Assembly (NCBI GenBank): GCA_963713045.1
Contig: CAVQKE010000003.1
Coordinates: forward strand, 736,001 to 800,000
Length of the DNA stretch: 64,000 nucleotides
Source of the DNA: an uncultured delta proteobacterium
Lineage (GTDB): Bacteria; Myxococcota; Myxococcia; Myxococcales; Myxococcaceae
Direction of reading: 5' to 3'
Numbering within the stretch: position 1 is the stretch's first letter; the number at the start of each line of letters is the position of its first letter. A model generated the notes under the pieces. The model searched no databases and had not been told where the DNA came from. It saw only the letters and a program-made list of their open reading frames with translations. Below, in pieces: positions 61,413-64,000 of this stretch. A program made the position numbers and the translations under genes.

Positions 61413-63244
61413 GGCCAGCCCTCCAGAACGCCCTCGGCCGTGGCCAACAGCGCCCCACGGTCGAGGCGGACTGCACCCGGGGCGAAGCGCACCGCATCGC
61501 AGCTGTCCAGCACGCTGGCAGCACCCTCCACCACGGTTTCCGGGGCGCCGGCGGTCTTCAGTTTCTGCCGAAGGCCCTCGCGCGTCAGCCCGGAGAGTCC
61601 CACTGCCAACCGCGCTTCGAGGAAGCCCATCACCGCGCGCTCCACTTGCTCCGAGAAGGCGATGTCCGTCCCGGAAGTTCGCAGCCGGGAGGCTGCGGCC
61701 AGTCGGCCCCGCGCGGCGCGCGCCCCGCGGCGCTGCTCGCTGGCCGGGTCCCGCCGCGCACGGCGCGCCTGCAGCAGGCCCACCAACGACACCAGCAGCC
61801 AGCTGGCCGGTGGGACCAGGGCCGCGGCGATGAAGACCGGGCGACGCCAGACTGCCCTCGGGGTCTCGAAGTGCGGCTCCAGCCGCAAGGGACGCAGGGC
61901 CCCGGCCGGAAGCACGTTGCGGACGGTGTCGGGCAGCACGGTCGGCCCGGCAGCGCGGAGCGCTCCTGCCTCGCCAGGTTTGACGGTGAGGCTGAGGGCC
62001 TCGGTGTGCACCGTCTCATAGCGACGGGACTCTGGGTCGAAGTAGGAGAAGCTGAGCGGAGGAATTTGGAAGGTGCCGGTCTGCTGGCCCATGACCAAAT
62101 ACTCCTGGCTGCGCTTGCCCTCGATTCGCTCGTGGCTCGCGCTGATGTGCTCCTGGGAGGTGGGCTCGTACAGCTTGAGCGCCGCAGGCGCCGTGGCCCG
62201 AGGAAGCTGCACTTCCTTCATGTTGCCTTGGCCTTCCAGCACGACGCGCAGGGTGACCGGAGAGCCAAGTTCGGTGCTGGAGGAGGACAGTTCGGCCGAA
62301 AGCTGGAAGTTTCCGACGTTGGCTGGCTGAAAGCCTGCCGGTGCGCCGGGCGGCAACGGCTTCACCTTGAGGGTGAGGGGGTTTCCAACCAGGTGCTCGC
62401 GGCGCCCTGCGAAGAGAAAGCCGGTGGTGAGGTCGATTTCTGCCGGCTCCAGTTCGCGGGTCCCCGGCCGTGTCGGGAAGAGGGCCTCCCGCTTGATGAG
62501 GGCGGCACGGTACGGCACGTCGTTCACGGTCCGCGTCTCGTACGTCAGGTTGCCGGGATTCTGGATTTCTTCCGTCCAGAAGCCGTCGAGGTTGGGCAGC
62601 TTCTCGTTGCTCACCACCGAGACGTCGACGCGGGTATACAGCCACCAAGACAGCGTCACCTGCTCACCGACGTAGACTTCCTTGCGGTCCACTTCGCTGC
62701 GCAGAAAGAGGTCGCTCTCGTTGCGGGGGCGCGAGGCATCGCGCTCCCGTTGGCGCAGCGCAGCGAAGGGGTCCTCCGCGTCCGGGAAGGGTGAAGGGAA
62801 ACCGGGCATCATGTTCGGGCGCTGGCCGAAACCCGGCGGAGGGCCAGGCACATGCGTCTTTCGCACTGTCAAGGTGACCGGGTTACTGCGCACCACGCCC
62901 TCCGGGGTGCGCAGCTCCACCGCGGGCAGGGTCAGTTTCCCAACGCGGGTGGGACGCAGGGTGATGGTGAGGGTCAGCTCCTGGCGGATGACCGGACCTC
63001 CCGACCCCAGCTGAATGGTGCTCGACATGCCCCGCTGGGTGCCAAGCACTTCGACGCCGTCGAAGGGCGGCAGCTGGAAGTCGGCTCCCCGGGGGGCGTT
63101 GGTGGCCCGCACCGTGAGGACGAAGGTGTCCATCACGCCGACCTCGCTGCGGTCGGCTTCGGCCTGGACGTCGACTGCGGCCGATGCGGCGCTCGCGGCC
63201 AGGAGCCCCAACAGTGCGCCCCAGGCGCTACCAGTCCTTCTCAT
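61409..63244 (-). CDS. BatD-family protein
   Basis: Signal peptide; VYVGEQV, NVGNFQL, GQGNM, FSYFDP, CDAVRFAP. Confidence 0.9.
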   Translation of the reverse strand: MRRTGSAWGALLGLLAASAASAAVDVQAEADRSEVGVMDTFVLTVRATNAPRGADFQLPPFDGVEVLGTQRGMSSTIQLGSGGPVIRQELTLTITLRPTRVGKLTLPAVELRTPEGVVRSNPVTLTVRKTHVPGPPPGFGQRPNMMPGFPSPFPDAEDPFAALRQRERDASRPRNESDLFLRSEVDRKEVYVGEQVTLSWWLYTRVDVSVVSNEKLPNLDGFWTEEIQNPGNLTYETRTVNDVPYRAALIKREALFPTRPGTRELEPAEIDLTTGFLFAGRREHLVGNPLTLKVKPLPPGAPAGFQPANVGNFQLSAELSSSSTELGSPVTLRVVLEGQGNMKEVQLPRATAPAALKLYEPTSQEHISASHERIEGKRSQEYLVMGQQTGTFQIPPLSFSYFDPESRRYETVHTEALSLTVKPGEAGALRAAGPTVLPDTVRNVLPAGALRPLRLEPHFETPRAVWRRPVFIAAALVPPASWLLVSLVGLLQARRARRDPASEQRRGARAARGRLAAASRLRTSGTDIAFSEQVERAVMGFLEARLAVGLSGLTREGLRQKLKTAGAPETVVEGAASVLDSCDAVRFAPGAVRLDRGALLATAEGVLEGWP

Positions 63245-64000
63245 TCGGCTTCCTCGGCGGCTTCTTCTGCTGAAACCGCCACAATTGTAGGTTCTTTTCA
63301 CTTTGTCGCATCGCATCGAGTAGTCGCTCGGTGTCCCGGCGGTCGAGCTGGCCAGCCTCTCCGAAGCCGCCGTCGCGCAACGGCTCGGTCACCGGCTGGT
63401 TTTCAGGCTGGCCGGCGTCTGGCTTCAGGTTGCCCGACTCGCCCGGCTCCGCCCCTTCACGCCCTTGGCTTTGCCCGGCATCGGCCCCACCCCGGCCGCC
63501 GCCTGCGCCGCCGTCCCTGCTTCCTCCATCGCCTCCCGTTCCGCCGTCGCCGGTCCCGCCGTCGCCGGTCCCGCCGTCCCCGGTGCCAGCGTCCCCTTGG
63601 CCGCCGTCCTGTGGCCCTGCGTCGGGTCCGCCGTCCGGCGTCCCGCCGTCGGCGCCGGACTTCGGCGGCGGCAGCCGCCGCAACAGCACCTCCAGGTTGT
63701 GGCGTGCCGCCTCGTCAGAAGGCTCGAGCAAGAGCGCCCGCCGGTAGACGGAAATGGCCTCCTGGGTGCGCCCCAACTCGGCCAAGGCGTTGCCCAAGTT
63801 GTAGAGGTCATGCTCGCTCAGCTCGCCGGGCTTCATTTCCGCCGCCCGCTGGTAGGCGGCGCGCGCCTCATCGTTCCGGTGCAGCCGGTAAAGGGTGTTG
63901 CCTTTGTCGTATTCCAGCGCGGCGCTGTCCGGAAACTGCTTCTGGGCGGCCTCGAAGTCCTGCAGCGCCTCGTCGTAGCGGCCCTCGTCATAGGCCTTCA
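63228..64000 (-). CDS. BatC-like TPR protein with DGG-repeat linker (5' end outside the window)
   Basis: YDKGNTLY and YNLGNAL..ARHNLE TPRs; low-complexity linker; ERLLDAM..KDW C-terminus. Confidence 0.85.
   Translation of the reverse strand, partial: KAYDEGRYDEALQDFEAAQKQFPDSAALEYDKGNTLYRLHRNDEARAAYQRAAEMKPGELSEHDLYNLGNALAELGRTQEAISVYRRALLLEPSDEAARHNLEVLLRRLPPPKSGADGGTPDGGPDAGPQDGGQGDAGTGDGGTGDGGTGDGGTGGDGGSRDGGAGGGRGGADAGQSQGREGAEPGESGNLKPDAGQPENQPVTEPLRDGGFGEAGQLDRRDTERLLDAMRQSEKNLQLWRFQQKKPPRKPNEKDW
63541..63585. repeat. 15-bp tandem repeat x3 encoding TGDGG
   Basis: CCGCCGTCGCCGGTC x2 plus CCGCCGTCCCCGGTG. Confidence 0.85.

Overview
High-GC, largely core-genome segment whose gene content points to a myxobacterium (Myxococcota): a DigR-like regulator, carD-carG, a STAS gene inside the dcw cluster, a tandem PilZ protein and an FHA-TPR protein. 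It carries the complete dcw cluster on the minus strand (mraZ-STAS-rsmH-ftsL-ftsI-murE-murF-mraY-murD-ftsW-murG-murC // murB-ddl-ftsQ-ftsA-ftsZ). It also has a biotin carboxylase/BCCP/crotonase operon, carD-carG followed by a GT-C glycosyltransferase, two aldehyde dehydrogenases, rho, ligA, RNase E/G, an HU/IHF gene and the end of a Bat (TPR/BatD/BatE) operon. Two accessory blocks of exported proteins stand out. One (5.5-11.4 kb) holds a membrane-anchored protease/pseudoprotease/Sel1 protein flanked by almost Lys/Arg-free lipoproteins. The other (16.8-21.0 kb) splits murC from murB and includes a putative sigma54-driven small secreted amphipathic peptide. A densely hairpinned ~400-nt non-coding leader precedes RNase E/G. 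Six +1 frameshifts, one in essential murC, are most likely assembly errors. No rRNA, tRNA, CRISPR array or mobile element was recognised. All calls are by eye from motifs and synteny; no database search was run.
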